Source: a bacterium (GTDB lineage Bacteria > RBG-13-61-14 > DATKZS01). From it: a DNA stretch of 64,000 nt. Below the pieces are notes generated by a model that saw nothing but the letters and a program-made list of their open reading frames with translations, was not told the origin of the DNA and did not search any database. This document shows positions 1 through 9,342 of this stretch, one piece after another. The position numbers and the translations under genes were made by a program. Every line of letters begins with the position of its first letter. Positions within the stretch are counted from its first letter, which is position 1. Location: positions 992,001 through 1,056,000 of the forward strand of contig CAXXFL010000001.1 in NCBI GenBank assembly GCA_963674965.2, given 5' to 3'.

Positions 1-2677
1 GGGTAAGGGCCTCGAGGGGCGTCAGGGCGTCGAGGTCCATGTCCCTGATCTGGCCGGCCACCTTTTCCGCAACCGGGTCGGCCGGCGGCTCGGAGGGCGG
101 GAAAAAGGAAAGCTGGACCGGTCCGTCCTTTTTCCGTGGCTCGCCCGCCTTCTTGCTGATGGCCGGTTTGCCCGCGGGGTCGTGCTCGACCGACTCGAGG
201 TTCTCGAGTATTTCCTTGGCCCGCTCGATTACCTCGGCGGGAAGTCCCGCCAGCCGGGCGACCTGGATGCCGTAGGAGCGGCTGGTCGAGCCGGGGACCA
301 TGCGGCGGAGGAAGATGACCTCCCCCTCCCACTCCTTGACCAGGACGTGGTAGTTCTTGACCCGGTCCCGGGTCTCGGCCAGGTCAACCAACTCGTGGTA
401 ATGGGTGGCGAACATGGTTTTGGCCCGGCGGCCCGGCGCGTCGTGCAGAAACTCGGCCACGGCCCAGGCGATGGACAGCCCGTCAAAGGTGGAGGTGCCC
501 CGCCCGATCTCGTCGAGCAGTACCAGGCTCTTGTCCGTGGCGTTGTGGAGTATATTGGCGGCCTCGGTCATCTCGACCATGAAGGTGCTCATGCCCCGCA
601 CCAGCACGTCGGAGGCGCCCACGCGGGTGAATATCCGGTCGACCACTCCTATCCGGGCCTCGCGGGCGGGCACGAAGGAACCCATTTGGGCCATGATGGT
701 TATTAAGCCGGTCTGTCTCAGGATGGTGGACTTGCCGGCCATGTTGGGTCCGGTGATGATGAGTATCTGGTACTCTTGTCCGTCCAGCAAAACGTCGTTG
801 GGCACGAAGCGCTCGGTCTTGACCAGCTCGGGTATGACCGGGTGCCATCCGCCCTTGATATCTATTTCGCCCGATTCATCCACCTCGGGCCGGGTAAGCC
901 TTTTGGCGGCGGCCATCTCGGCCAGGCCGGCGATGGCGTCGAGCTCACCCAGCCGGCGGGCGTTTTCCTGAAGCTGGACCGCTCGGGAGGCGACCTTTTC
1001 CCTAAGCTCGACGAACAGCTCGTAGTGAAGCTCGATGAGCCGGTCCTCCGCTCCGAGGACCTTGGCCTCGAGTTCCTTGAGCTCGGGCGTGATGAAGCGC
1101 TCGGCGTTGACCAGGGTCTGCTTCCGAATGTAATCCGAGGGAGCCGAGGCCGCCTGGGCCTTACTGATCTCGATGTAATAGCCGAAGACCTTGTTGTACT
1201 TGACCTTCAATTTAGGTATGCCCGAGCGCTGTCTTTCCGCCGCCTCGAGGCCGGCGATGACCGACTTGGCGTCCCGTTGGACGCTCGTCAGCTCGTCGAT
1301 CTCGGCCGAGTAGCCGGGCCGGATCAGCCCGCCGTCGCGAAGGGAAGAGGGCGGCTCGTCAACCAGCGCCATCGAGAGCAGCCCGACTACTTCCTCGAGG
1401 GGGTCCAGGCCCTCGAGGACTTCCTGGATTTTAGAGGACTCCGCTTTGCCGGCGAGGGCCTTGATGGCGGGAATAAGCTCGAGCGTCTCCCTCGCGGCGC
1501 GAAGGTCCCGGGCGTGGGCGCTGCCGGTGGCGATGCGGGCGGAAATCCTTTCCAGGTCCGAAAGCCTTTGGAAAAGACTCCTAAGATCGAGCCGATAGGC
1601 GTGGTCCTGGGCCATCCACTCCACCGCGTCGAGGCGGGCGTTGATCCGGTCCACGTCCATGAGGGGGGAATGGAGCCACTGGCGGAGGACCCTGCCGCCC
1701 ATGCTGGTGACGGTCCGGTCGAGGAACCAGAAGAGGGAACCCGCGGGTTTCGAGTCTCTGAGTGTCCTTGTCAGCTCGAGGTTTCGCTTGGTGCTTTCGT
1801 CTAAAACCATGTAGTCGGAGGAGGAATAATAGGACAGGCCGGTCACGTGCGACAAGGGGTTGGGTATGGTGATGGGCTCGTCTCCGCCCACGGCGAAGGG
1901 AGGGACGTCCTCCGGCTCCTGCGTCTCCCGGAGATAATAAAGCAGGGCCCCAGCCGCCCGGACGGCCTGGGGAAATCCCTCGACCCCGAACCCCTCGAGG
2001 GTGTCGGCCCGGAAATGCTCGAGCAGGGTCCGGCGCGCCTTGTCCGGATCGTAGGCCTCTTCCTCCGGGTGGTCCATGAAGACGGGAGGCTCGGTGGAGA
2101 GGGACACCTCACGTACGGCCTCCCCCACGCCGGGAATGTCCAGAAGGCTTTTGGGAACGAGTATCTCGGCGGGCTCGAGCCGGAACAGCTCGTCGGCCAG
2201 CTCCTCGGCGCGGCGAAGGGTCGTGGCCTTGAATTCCCCCGTCGAGAAATCCAGGAAGGCCAGGCCGCTTTCCTCTCCGTCCGAGGCGACCGAGACCACG
2301 TAGCGGGAGGACTTGGCCGGGAGCCTTTCCGGGCTGACGGCCGTGCCGGGCGTGATCACGCGGGTAACGGCCCGCTTCACGATGCCCTTGGCCTTTCTCG
2401 GGTCTTCCACCTGCTCGCACACGGCGACCTTATAGCCGGCCTCGACCAGCCTGGCCAGGTAGACGTCGGCCGAGTGGTAAGGGACCCCCGCCAGCGGCAC
2501 GGACTCGGGCATGCCCTTGTCCCGAGCGGTAAGGGTGATGCCGAGCGCCCTCGAGGCCTTCTCGGCGTCCTCGAAGAACATCTCGTAAAAGTCGCCCATC
2601 CGAAAGAAAAGGATGCAGTCGGGATACCTCTCTTTAAAGGAAAGGTACTGCTGAATCATGGGAGTAAGCTTCGTCAT
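1..2677 (-). CDS. mutS: DNA mismatch repair protein MutS (3' end runs off the window edge)
   Basis: Manual translation from ATG 2677: MTKLTPMIQQYLSFKERYPDCILFFRMGDFYEMFFEDA; Walker A ITGPNMAGKST; C-terminal ...DLDALTPLEALT at the edge. Absent from the ORF track because the stop lies outside the window. Confidence 0.97.
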   Translation of the reverse strand, partial: MTKLTPMIQQYLSFKERYPDCILFFRMGDFYEMFFEDAEKASRALGITLTARDKGMPESVPLAGVPYHSADVYLARLVEAGYKVAVCEQVEDPRKAKGIVKRAVTRVITPGTAVSPERLPAKSSRYVVSVASDGEESGLAFLDFSTGEFKATTLRRAEELADELFRLEPAEILVPKSLLDIPGVGEAVREVSLSTEPPVFMDHPEEEAYDPDKARRTLLEHFRADTLEGFGVEGFPQAVRAAGALLYYLRETQEPEDVPPFAVGGDEPITIPNPLSHVTGLSYYSSSDYMVLDESTKRNLELTRTLRDSKPAGSLFWFLDRTVTSMGGRVLRQWLHSPLMDVDRINARLDAVEWMAQDHAYRLDLRSLFQRLSDLERISARIATGSAHARDLRAARETLELIPAIKALAGKAESSKIQEVLEGLDPLEEVVGLLSMALVDEPPSSLRDGGLIRPGYSAEIDELTSVQRDAKSVIAGLEAAERQRSGIPKLKVKYNKVFGYYIEISKAQAASAPSDYIRKQTLVNAERFITPELKELEAKVLGAEDRLIELHYELFVELREKVASRAVQLQENARRLGELDAIAGLAEMAAAKRLTRPEVDESGEIDIKGGWHPVIPELVKTERFVPNDVLLDGQEYQILIITGPNMAGKSTILRQTGLITIMAQMGSFVPAREARIGVVDRIFTRVGASDVLVRGMSTFMVEMTEAANILHNATDKSLVLLDEIGRGTSTFDGLSIAWAVAEFLHDAPGRRAKTMFATHYHELVDLAETRDRVKNYHVLVKEWEGEVIFLRRMVPGSTSRSYGIQVARLAGLPAEVIERAKEILENLESVEHDPAGKPAISKKAGEPRKKDGPVQLSFFPPSEPPADPVAEKVAGQIRDMDLDALTPLEALT

Positions 2678-2767
2678 GGAAAACCAGAGTCTAAAAATAC
2701 CAGATCATTCGCCGGCGCGCCAGATGGAAGGGGCTAATCTCGCGAAGCTCGGGTATGGGAATGTATA

Positions 2768-2951
2768 GAACCTCTGTATAAGAAACGCTTTGGAGTGCGG
2801 CGGCTTGACGCCGCTTTTCTTCCGAGCGGCTTGACGCGAGGCAGCCGCTGTATTTTCAGGTCTTGTCAAGCCAAGGCCATCGAAAGCGGTCTCAAGCGAG
2901 AGGACTCCAAATCGGCTATGCCGCCAAGAAAATGACTTTTGCAAGCGGCTC
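2768..2951 (+). repeat. 186-bp MITE/REP-doublet repeat, copy 1 (left end degenerate)
   Basis: Core CTTTGGAGTGCGGCGGCTTGACGCCGCTTT...GACTTTTGCAAGCGGCTC matches the copies at 37553, 41944 and 44555. Confidence 0.9.
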
Positions 2952-3083
2952 AATAGATAAACCCGCTTGGCTCAGAAAGAAATGAAGCGCCGGGGGGGAT
3001 GCGTCGGCAAACGTCCCGACCGACGCCCGGCGGGTCGAATCTGGGCTCGGCGATGTATCGTCCGCCCGATCCGCCGTTTAATT

Positions 3084-4319
3084 TTAGCCTTTTTGTTCGG
3101 CCACGATCTTAAAGCACTGGTCGGTAACCTCGAGGGTCTTATCCATGTCCTCCTCGGTAAGGGACGAGGAGATGAACCAGTTGTGGTGCGGATGCAGGAA
3201 AATACCGCGCTTGGCCGCCTCGCCGCAGAAAAAGCGCATCTTCTCGAGGCTGGGGTCCTCGCCGAAAAGCATGTAGGGCATGGCCGGATGTCCGGACACG
3301 GTGACTTCTACCTCGTGGAGCTTGGCCTGCTCGCGGAGTCCCGCCTGAAGCTTCTCCCCAAAGAGCCTGATTTTCTCGATGGCGCCCGAGGCCTTGATCT
3401 CGGTCATGCAGGCCCGGGCAGCGGCCATGGGGGCGGCCGAGTAAAAATGCGTTCCCGACCAGTAGACCTTTTTCGCCGACTCCATTATGGCCTTGGTCCC
3501 CATGGCCACGGACAGGGGGTAGCCGTTGGCGATGGTTTTTCCGAAGCAGATAATGTCGGGGTTGGCCTTGCCGTAGTGGCAATGGGTCCCCTCGTAGTGG
3601 ACCCTGAAGCCGGCCCGCACGTCGTCGATAAGCATAAGGGCCCCGGCCTTGTCGCATATTTCCCTGACCGTCTCGAAGTATCCGGGCTGGGGCTCGGTCT
3701 GGTTCATCATGGCCCAGTGGCCGAGGGGCAGGAGGAAGACGGCCGCTATCTCGTCTTTTTTCTCCTCCATCAGTTTCCCGAGGCCCTCGAGGTCGTGGTA
3801 GTCGTAATGGTAGACGTGAGACTTGTACTCGGCCGGTATGCCCACGTCGGAGTGTATGCACCAGTTATGAAGGCCGTGGTAGGAGTTGTTGGCCATGACG
3901 ATGCCGTTCTTGCCCGTATGGGCCCTTGCGGCCATGGCGGCGAAGGTGGTGGCGTCGGAGCCGTTCTTGCCGTAGACGGTCCAGTCCATGTAGGGGATTT
4001 CGCCGACGAGGAACTTGGCGAACTCGAGCCACTGGAAAGAGGGAAGCGTCGAGCTGTTGCTGAGCGCGAGCTGCTTGTTATACGCCTCGTCCACCGCGGG
4101 ATGGTTGTAGCCGATGCCCACGGCGCCAAAGGAGCACATGTAATCGATGTACTCGTTCCCGTCCACGTCCCAGAACCTCGCGCCCTTGGTGCGCTGGATA
4201 AAGGCGGGATGGACCCCATAGGTCAGGAACAGGGGCGTGCGGGGGAAATTGACGCCACCCGGAACGTAGTCCTGGACCTCCTTGAACATCTCGTAAGACT
4301 TGGATACGTCGTGACTCAT
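3084..4319 (-). CDS. Class III PLP-dependent aminotransferase (GSA aminomutase-like)
   Basis: GARFWDVDGNEYIDY, KNGSDAT, LMIDDVRAGFR, PLP lysine in FGKTIANGYP. Confidence 0.9.
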   Translation of the reverse strand: MSHDVSKSYEMFKEVQDYVPGGVNFPRTPLFLTYGVHPAFIQRTKGARFWDVDGNEYIDYMCSFGAVGIGYNHPAVDEAYNKQLALSNSSTLPSFQWLEFAKFLVGEIPYMDWTVYGKNGSDATTFAAMAARAHTGKNGIVMANNSYHGLHNWCIHSDVGIPAEYKSHVYHYDYHDLEGLGKLMEEKKDEIAAVFLLPLGHWAMMNQTEPQPGYFETVREICDKAGALMLIDDVRAGFRVHYEGTHCHYGKANPDIICFGKTIANGYPLSVAMGTKAIMESAKKVYWSGTHFYSAAPMAAARACMTEIKASGAIEKIRLFGEKLQAGLREQAKLHEVEVTVSGHPAMPYMLFGEDPSLEKMRFFCGEAAKRGIFLHPHHNWFISSSLTEEDMDKTLEVTDQCFKIVAEQKG

Positions 4320-4358
4320 CTATAGTCCTCCTTTCAAGTAACCGTACATTATTTATCC

Positions 4359-7007
4359 TTACGGCGACAACACCAGATGGTAAGCCGCTTCTTCTTTCAC
4401 TTTTTCCGGGTCCATGGTCATGGTCAGATGATCGCCCGCCAGCCACACCATGTGCAGGTCCGAGTAATGGGGCGAGAGCCACTGCCCCGAGATCGAGCCG
4501 TCTATAACGCCCTTGGCGTTCTCCACGTCGCCCATGTCGATAAGGTGGCGCCAGGCCGGGCCGTACATGGCCTTGAAATGCCACTTGCCCCCGTCGGCGG
4601 GGCTGGCGTTTCTTACCGTGTGACGCGAGCCCACGTGGGGGTAAGGCCCGACGGACAACTCGCCAAGCGGTCCGAACCCGAGGGGATGGAACCACTTGAT
4701 CACGTGAACGTCGCCCCATTCCCAGTTCTCCGGGTCCTCGCCGTAGCGCTTCTCGATAAAGACCATGGCGTCCTTGACGGCCTTGATCATGATATCGTCC
4801 ATGTCCTCGACCACGTCGGGCGTGGTCTTGTCGTCAAAGAGAGGCGACTCTCCCTTTTTAATCATGACCTCGATGGCGATCTCGATATGAGATTCCGAAA
4901 GAAACTTCTCGAAGTCCTCCTTGGAGACCTCGTCCGCGAAGACGGCCACCCGCATCGAGTGGGCGTACTTGAAGAAGATGGTCGAGGCCGGGCTGTCAAG
5001 GTCCGTCTCGTAGTCCCACTCCTTAAGAATATCATAGGCCTTCAGGACCTGGGGATCGGTCACGCCCTTCTTCTCGATGGCCGACAGGATCATGGGTACC
5101 TCGACCTGGGCCTTGAGCGCCTTGATGTCGTTCTGAATCCTGACCATGTCGTCCATGTCGATGGGCGCCAGTTCCTCGAGCAGCTCCTCCACCCGCCAGG
5201 CGCGGTAGCCGTTGTCGTAGTTGAGGTCGAAAATATAAGGATATATCTCCGCGTCCACCACCTCGTTGTTGGCCGAGACCATCCAGCCCCGCTCCGGGTT
5301 GATCGAGTGAGGAAGCTCCATCAGCGGTATGAAACCGGTCCAGTCGAAATCACCCGGCTCGCCGGGAACGGGGACCGCGCCCACTCCCTTGCCCCTTATC
5401 GGGACCAGGCCGCCGGGCAGGTAGGCGATGTTTCCCGCGGAGTCGGCCGCCATCCAGTTCTGGTTGGGCAGGTCAACGTAGTCCATCGCTCGAACGAAGT
5501 CGTCAACCGACTTTCCCCTCATAAGGATATCCATGGACATGGCTATGTTGTTGAGGCTGACGCCTTCCAGTTCGCTCGCCCGAGCCATGAAGTCGTCCAC
5601 GTCGGTGGAATTAACCAGCTCCTGGAAAAGCCGCTGGTCTCTCGAGAAGTCCCAGGCCGTCCATCGAAGCGACACCGGCGGCGCGCCCTCCGGCAGGGGA
5701 AGGTAATCCGTGAGGACGGGACCGTGTACGGTCTGCCTGATTTCCACCTCCTCCCACTTGCACTTGTTCGAGGGTATCTGGCGGACGCAGTATTTTTCCG
5801 TCCGGGTGGTAAAGGGGACCCACTCCCCCTTGTGTTGGTACATTCCGGGATGATCGTCGTCCACCGTCTCCACGTAAAGGTCCTGCACGTCCGCTATCGA
5901 GGTGGTGGCGGCCCAGGCCAGGTCTCGCGTATGGCCGAGCGGGATGTAGGGTATGCCGGGAAACATGACGCCATAGACGTCCACGCCGGGGCAACGCAGA
6001 TGGGCCATGTACCAGATCGAGGGCTCCATGTGGGGAAGGTGGGTGTCGTTGCCCAGCATGGCGTTGCCCGTGGCCGAGAGTCTGGGCGAGACGATCCAGT
6101 TGTTCGAGGCGAAGGGCAGGTCCGTTCCCACCGTCTTCCTGATCACGTCCGATGAGGCCAGAAGCGCCCGGGCCGCGTCTCCCGCCAGGACCGGGGCGTC
6201 GCCCAGTTCCTCGAGGGAGGGCCTTCCTCCCGGCGGCAGTCCCTCCCGGGGACGAGCGAGCTTGTTCTCGAGCAGCTCGGGCGGCACGATGGTGGGGCCG
6301 TAGCCGTCGTGGATGGGCGCCACCGACCAAGCCAGGTCCTCGCCGTACTTGTCCATCAGCGCCGTCCGCAGAAGCTCGACCATCATGTTGTAGCCCAGGA
6401 TGAACCCCATCAGCCGGCTGAAGCTGATAACGTCCGCCGGCCGCCAGGGCTTGGGCTTGGTCTTCAATACCTGGAACTCGACGGGCAGGTCCTTGAAATC
6501 GGGATGGGTCTCGATAAAGTAGTTGACCCCGTCGCTGTAGGCCGCGAGCTGGCCGTAAATCCGGGGCTGCTTTTCCTTTAAAAGGGCCTCGCCCGCCTCG
6601 CCCACGAACTTCATGCCGATCGAGCGCTGCTGGCGGTCGATCATTACCGTGTCGATGGGAAAGCCTTTAAAAGAAGCGCCGGGTATTTTCACCTTTCCGA
6701 AGAGCTCGGCCGTTCTTCCCTCCGCCACCGCCCGAAGGAGGACCATCTCCCACAGCCTGTCCTGGGCCTGAATGAACCCGACCGCCCAGAAAAGGTCATG
6801 CTCGTTCTCGGCGAACACGTGGGGCACGGCGTAGGCGTCGCGGTATACGTGGACCTCGCCCGACAGGCCGGGCGCGGTTATTTGGCCCTCGTAAACGGCC
6901 AGCGACCGGTCGAGGTTTCTTTTATAGACGTACTTCTCATGCACGCAGGAGAGAAGCCCGCTAAAAACGAGCGACGCCGTTAACAATATGCTGAGTACCT
7001 TTTTCAT
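4359..7007 (-). CDS. Penicillin acylase / AHL-acylase family Ntn hydrolase, probable lipoprotein
   Basis: RDAYAVPHV, AQDRLWEM, beta-chain N-terminal nucleophile ASNNWIVS, NDTHL, lipobox-like SGLLSC. Confidence 0.93.
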   Translation of the reverse strand: MKKVLSILLTASLVFSGLLSCVHEKYVYKRNLDRSLAVYEGQITAPGLSGEVHVYRDAYAVPHVFAENEHDLFWAVGFIQAQDRLWEMVLLRAVAEGRTAELFGKVKIPGASFKGFPIDTVMIDRQQRSIGMKFVGEAGEALLKEKQPRIYGQLAAYSDGVNYFIETHPDFKDLPVEFQVLKTKPKPWRPADVISFSRLMGFILGYNMMVELLRTALMDKYGEDLAWSVAPIHDGYGPTIVPPELLENKLARPREGLPPGGRPSLEELGDAPVLAGDAARALLASSDVIRKTVGTDLPFASNNWIVSPRLSATGNAMLGNDTHLPHMEPSIWYMAHLRCPGVDVYGVMFPGIPYIPLGHTRDLAWAATTSIADVQDLYVETVDDDHPGMYQHKGEWVPFTTRTEKYCVRQIPSNKCKWEEVEIRQTVHGPVLTDYLPLPEGAPPVSLRWTAWDFSRDQRLFQELVNSTDVDDFMARASELEGVSLNNIAMSMDILMRGKSVDDFVRAMDYVDLPNQNWMAADSAGNIAYLPGGLVPIRGKGVGAVPVPGEPGDFDWTGFIPLMELPHSINPERGWMVSANNEVVDAEIYPYIFDLNYDNGYRAWRVEELLEELAPIDMDDMVRIQNDIKALKAQVEVPMILSAIEKKGVTDPQVLKAYDILKEWDYETDLDSPASTIFFKYAHSMRVAVFADEVSKEDFEKFLSESHIEIAIEVMIKKGESPLFDDKTTPDVVEDMDDIMIKAVKDAMVFIEKRYGEDPENWEWGDVHVIKWFHPLGFGPLGELSVGPYPHVGSRHTVRNASPADGGKWHFKAMYGPAWRHLIDMGDVENAKGVIDGSISGQWLSPHYSDLHMVWLAGDHLTMTMDPEKVKEEAAYHLVLSP

Positions 7008-7076
7008 CCAATGTTTCCCCCTGAATATATCTTGTTTTTCTCGCGACGGCCCTGGGCCTCGCCGGCATAATCGTTA

Positions 7077-8540
7077 TTAAACTCCCGCCTCGACTTTTTT
7101 ATTTCGCGCCCAGTCGGAACGCTCCGAGCCCGGGTCGGTAATCGAGACAATCCTGTTCAGGGCTGCCCTGGCCCCGGTCTTATCGCCCATCCTCAGCCGG
7201 GCCTCGGCCAGAAACCCGTTTGCCGAGGCCTCGGCCGAAGGATACACGTGATACCTTAATGCCTCATCCGCCCAGGATGGAACGCCCTTAAGGCCCGGCT
7301 CTCCCGAGGATAATATCTTTACGAGTCGAGATAGAAGCTCCTCCCCCGTCCTGACGGTCTCGAAGAAATCGGGAAGCGTGACGTAAACCGCCCCGCAAGC
7401 GTACATGGTCAGCCAGCCCTCGAGACCGTCTCCAACCGGGACCGCCAGGGCCCGGGCCAGAAAAGAAAGCATCCGGTTGACAAGGTAAATCGGGGCGGAC
7501 AAGCCCTTGGCCTCGGCCAGGGAAAACAAGCAGTCCAGGGCCGCCGCGACGTTGTCCATCGGCTTGGCCGAAGGCTCGGGCCAGGACCTGGCCGCCAGGG
7601 CCGAGGCGGACTCGAGGTCCCCATCCAGCAGATAAAGAAGAGCTGAAAAAGCATCGGCGCCCGGTCCGAAATCGGGACCCCGCGCGGCCATAAGAGAGGC
7701 GGCTTCGCCAAAGTTGCCCCGCAGGGTCTCGAGGATTATCCCCTCCGGCCCTTCCATTTTTCCCGCGGGAAGCAGGTCATCGAGCTTGCCCAGGCCCCGG
7801 AAGAAATTCAGGTTGTCCTTTAAAACGGAAATCCTGTTCAGCGCCCCCAGCGCGTCGGCCGCCAGTTCCCGAGTAAGCAGCCTCCGGTATATGACGATGA
7901 AACGGTCAAGGGACTCGTCGGCCTCGGTCATCATGCGGGCGGCCTCCCTGGCGGTGACGTCGCCCAGGATGCTGGTGGTAAATATCTTGAGGTCGCGGGT
8001 AACCGAGTGATGGACCCCGTCGCGATAAGCCTTGGCTATCTCGAGGCAGTGGTCGAAGGGAACGCCGAGTTCCTCCCGCTGCTTCATGATGGCTATTATC
8101 TCGAGACTGAGAGGGCCGTAAAGGTCGCCTTTTTCTCCGCGGCTGGGGCGGATGATGTTCTCCCGGGCAAGGGCCCTTATCTTCTCGAGAGGATACCCCG
8201 TTACGCTCGCCGCCCTGGCCTCGGAAAGGGGCTCGGCCTCGGCCATGGCCGCGTTGATCTTGAACATGGCGCCGCCCAGTTCCAGGTCTTCCTCCCTTGT
8301 CTCCCCCGAGTCGAGAATCCTTTTTATCACCTCGAGAGGAAGAAAACGCTCGCGCTGAAGTTTCTTGATTTGTTTGATCCGGTCCACGCATGACTCGTCG
8401 TAATAGGCCATGGTCTTGCCGGTCTTGATGGGCTTGTCGATAAGGCCCTCGTTAAGGTAGTGCCTTATGGTGGAAACGTTGACCTCGGCCTTTTTAGCCA
8501 ACTCCCCTATCCGAAGTTTATTTTTTCTTTTTATCGGCAT
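7077..8540 (-). CDS. MerR-family regulator (tandem MerR-like HTHs) with a long helical C-terminal domain
   Basis: LRIGELAKKAEVNVSTIRHYLNEGLI; second HTH-like segment LSEARAASVTGYPLEKIRALARENII. Confidence 0.85.
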   Translation of the reverse strand: MPIKRKNKLRIGELAKKAEVNVSTIRHYLNEGLIDKPIKTGKTMAYYDESCVDRIKQIKKLQRERFLPLEVIKRILDSGETREEDLELGGAMFKINAAMAEAEPLSEARAASVTGYPLEKIRALARENIIRPSRGEKGDLYGPLSLEIIAIMKQREELGVPFDHCLEIAKAYRDGVHHSVTRDLKIFTTSILGDVTAREAARMMTEADESLDRFIVIYRRLLTRELAADALGALNRISVLKDNLNFFRGLGKLDDLLPAGKMEGPEGIILETLRGNFGEAASLMAARGPDFGPGADAFSALLYLLDGDLESASALAARSWPEPSAKPMDNVAAALDCLFSLAEAKGLSAPIYLVNRMLSFLARALAVPVGDGLEGWLTMYACGAVYVTLPDFFETVRTGEELLSRLVKILSSGEPGLKGVPSWADEALRYHVYPSAEASANGFLAEARLRMGDKTGARAALNRIVSITDPGSERSDWARNKKVEAGV

Positions 8541-8575
8541 AGCTTAAAGATCAACTAAACATTACAACGTTATAC

Positions 8576-8606
8576 ATTATATACTCCGTTTCACACCGGA
8601 TTGCAA
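8576..8606 (-). promoter_or_regulatory. MerR-type sigma70 promoter: -35 TTGCAA, 19-bp spacer with dyad, -10 TATAAT
   Basis: Minus strand TTGCAA (8606-8601), spacer 8600-8582 containing TCCG-N8-CGGA, TATAAT (8581-8576), 36 bp upstream of the merR ATG. Confidence 0.65.
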
Positions 8607-8712
8607 CTGGGAATTAAAAAATTCAAACAAGGGAAATATGGCCTCGCGACGAATAAAAGCCGGGAACCAAACCAGGCTGGATATGGGCGCTTCAAAATGC
8701 TAATCTTCTTAC

Positions 8713-9342
8713 ATGATCGAAATTTACTACGGCGGGAACTCGAGGCGATCGGGAGTAAATATCCTTCTTGCTATCTTGGCCTTTATGGCGGTCCTGGTTT
8801 CACCGGCGTCTCTTCTGTCCGCGGAAAAGCATCTGACCTTGTCCGAGCTTGCGGTGCAGTCGGACCTGATTGCCCGGGTCAGGGTAATATCCATGGAAAC
8901 TCGGCTCATGCGCGCCTCGGCCGGAGAATTCCCCTTTATTATCTATAAGGCCGAGGTCATCGAGATGATCCACGGCCAAAAATCTTCCGAGCTTTTTTTC
9001 CGGGTACCGGGAGTAATCACGGGCAATACCGTCGCCATCGGCTCGGACCAGCCTCTTTTCAAGGATGGCTCCGACCTGGTGGTTTTTCTCCGGCGAGCGG
9101 ACGCCTCCGAAGGGGAAGGACCCATGTACGATCTTGTCTCACCGGGACAGGGCGCCATCCCGGTGCTGGCCGTTCCTTCATCTAAGAAAGCGGACGCGGC
9201 CGTCAGGGAGATGGTCCCCATCAAACTCGGCGTTCCCTCCGGTCCGGACAACGCGTCGCGCGTCATGATCGGCCTCGAGGATCTGGCCGCCCACGTCACG
9301 GCCGCCAAGGCCAACCAGGCCGCGCGGGAGGCCGGCCAATGA
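8713..9342 (+). CDS. Secreted hypothetical protein, coupled to the downstream protease
   Basis: Signal-peptide-like N-terminus; ATGA overlap with the next gene. Confidence 0.7.
   Translation: MIEIYYGGNSRRSGVNILLAILAFMAVLVSPASLLSAEKHLTLSELAVQSDLIARVRVISMETRLMRASAGEFPFIIYKAEVIEMIHGQKSSELFFRVPGVITGNTVAIGSDQPLFKDGSDLVVFLRRADASEGEGPMYDLVSPGQGAIPVLAVPSSKKADAAVREMVPIKLGVPSGPDNASRVMIGLEDLAAHVTAAKANQAAREAGQ

Noticed and set aside
182-2737. Long plus-strand ORFs (182-706, 776-1804, 1847-2737)
   Set aside because: Antisense shadows of mutS, which occupies the minus strand with clear motifs.
2705-2953. Small paralogous ORFs at 2705, 37551 and 43386 as a protein family
   Set aside because: They are translations of the MITE, with no independent coding evidence.
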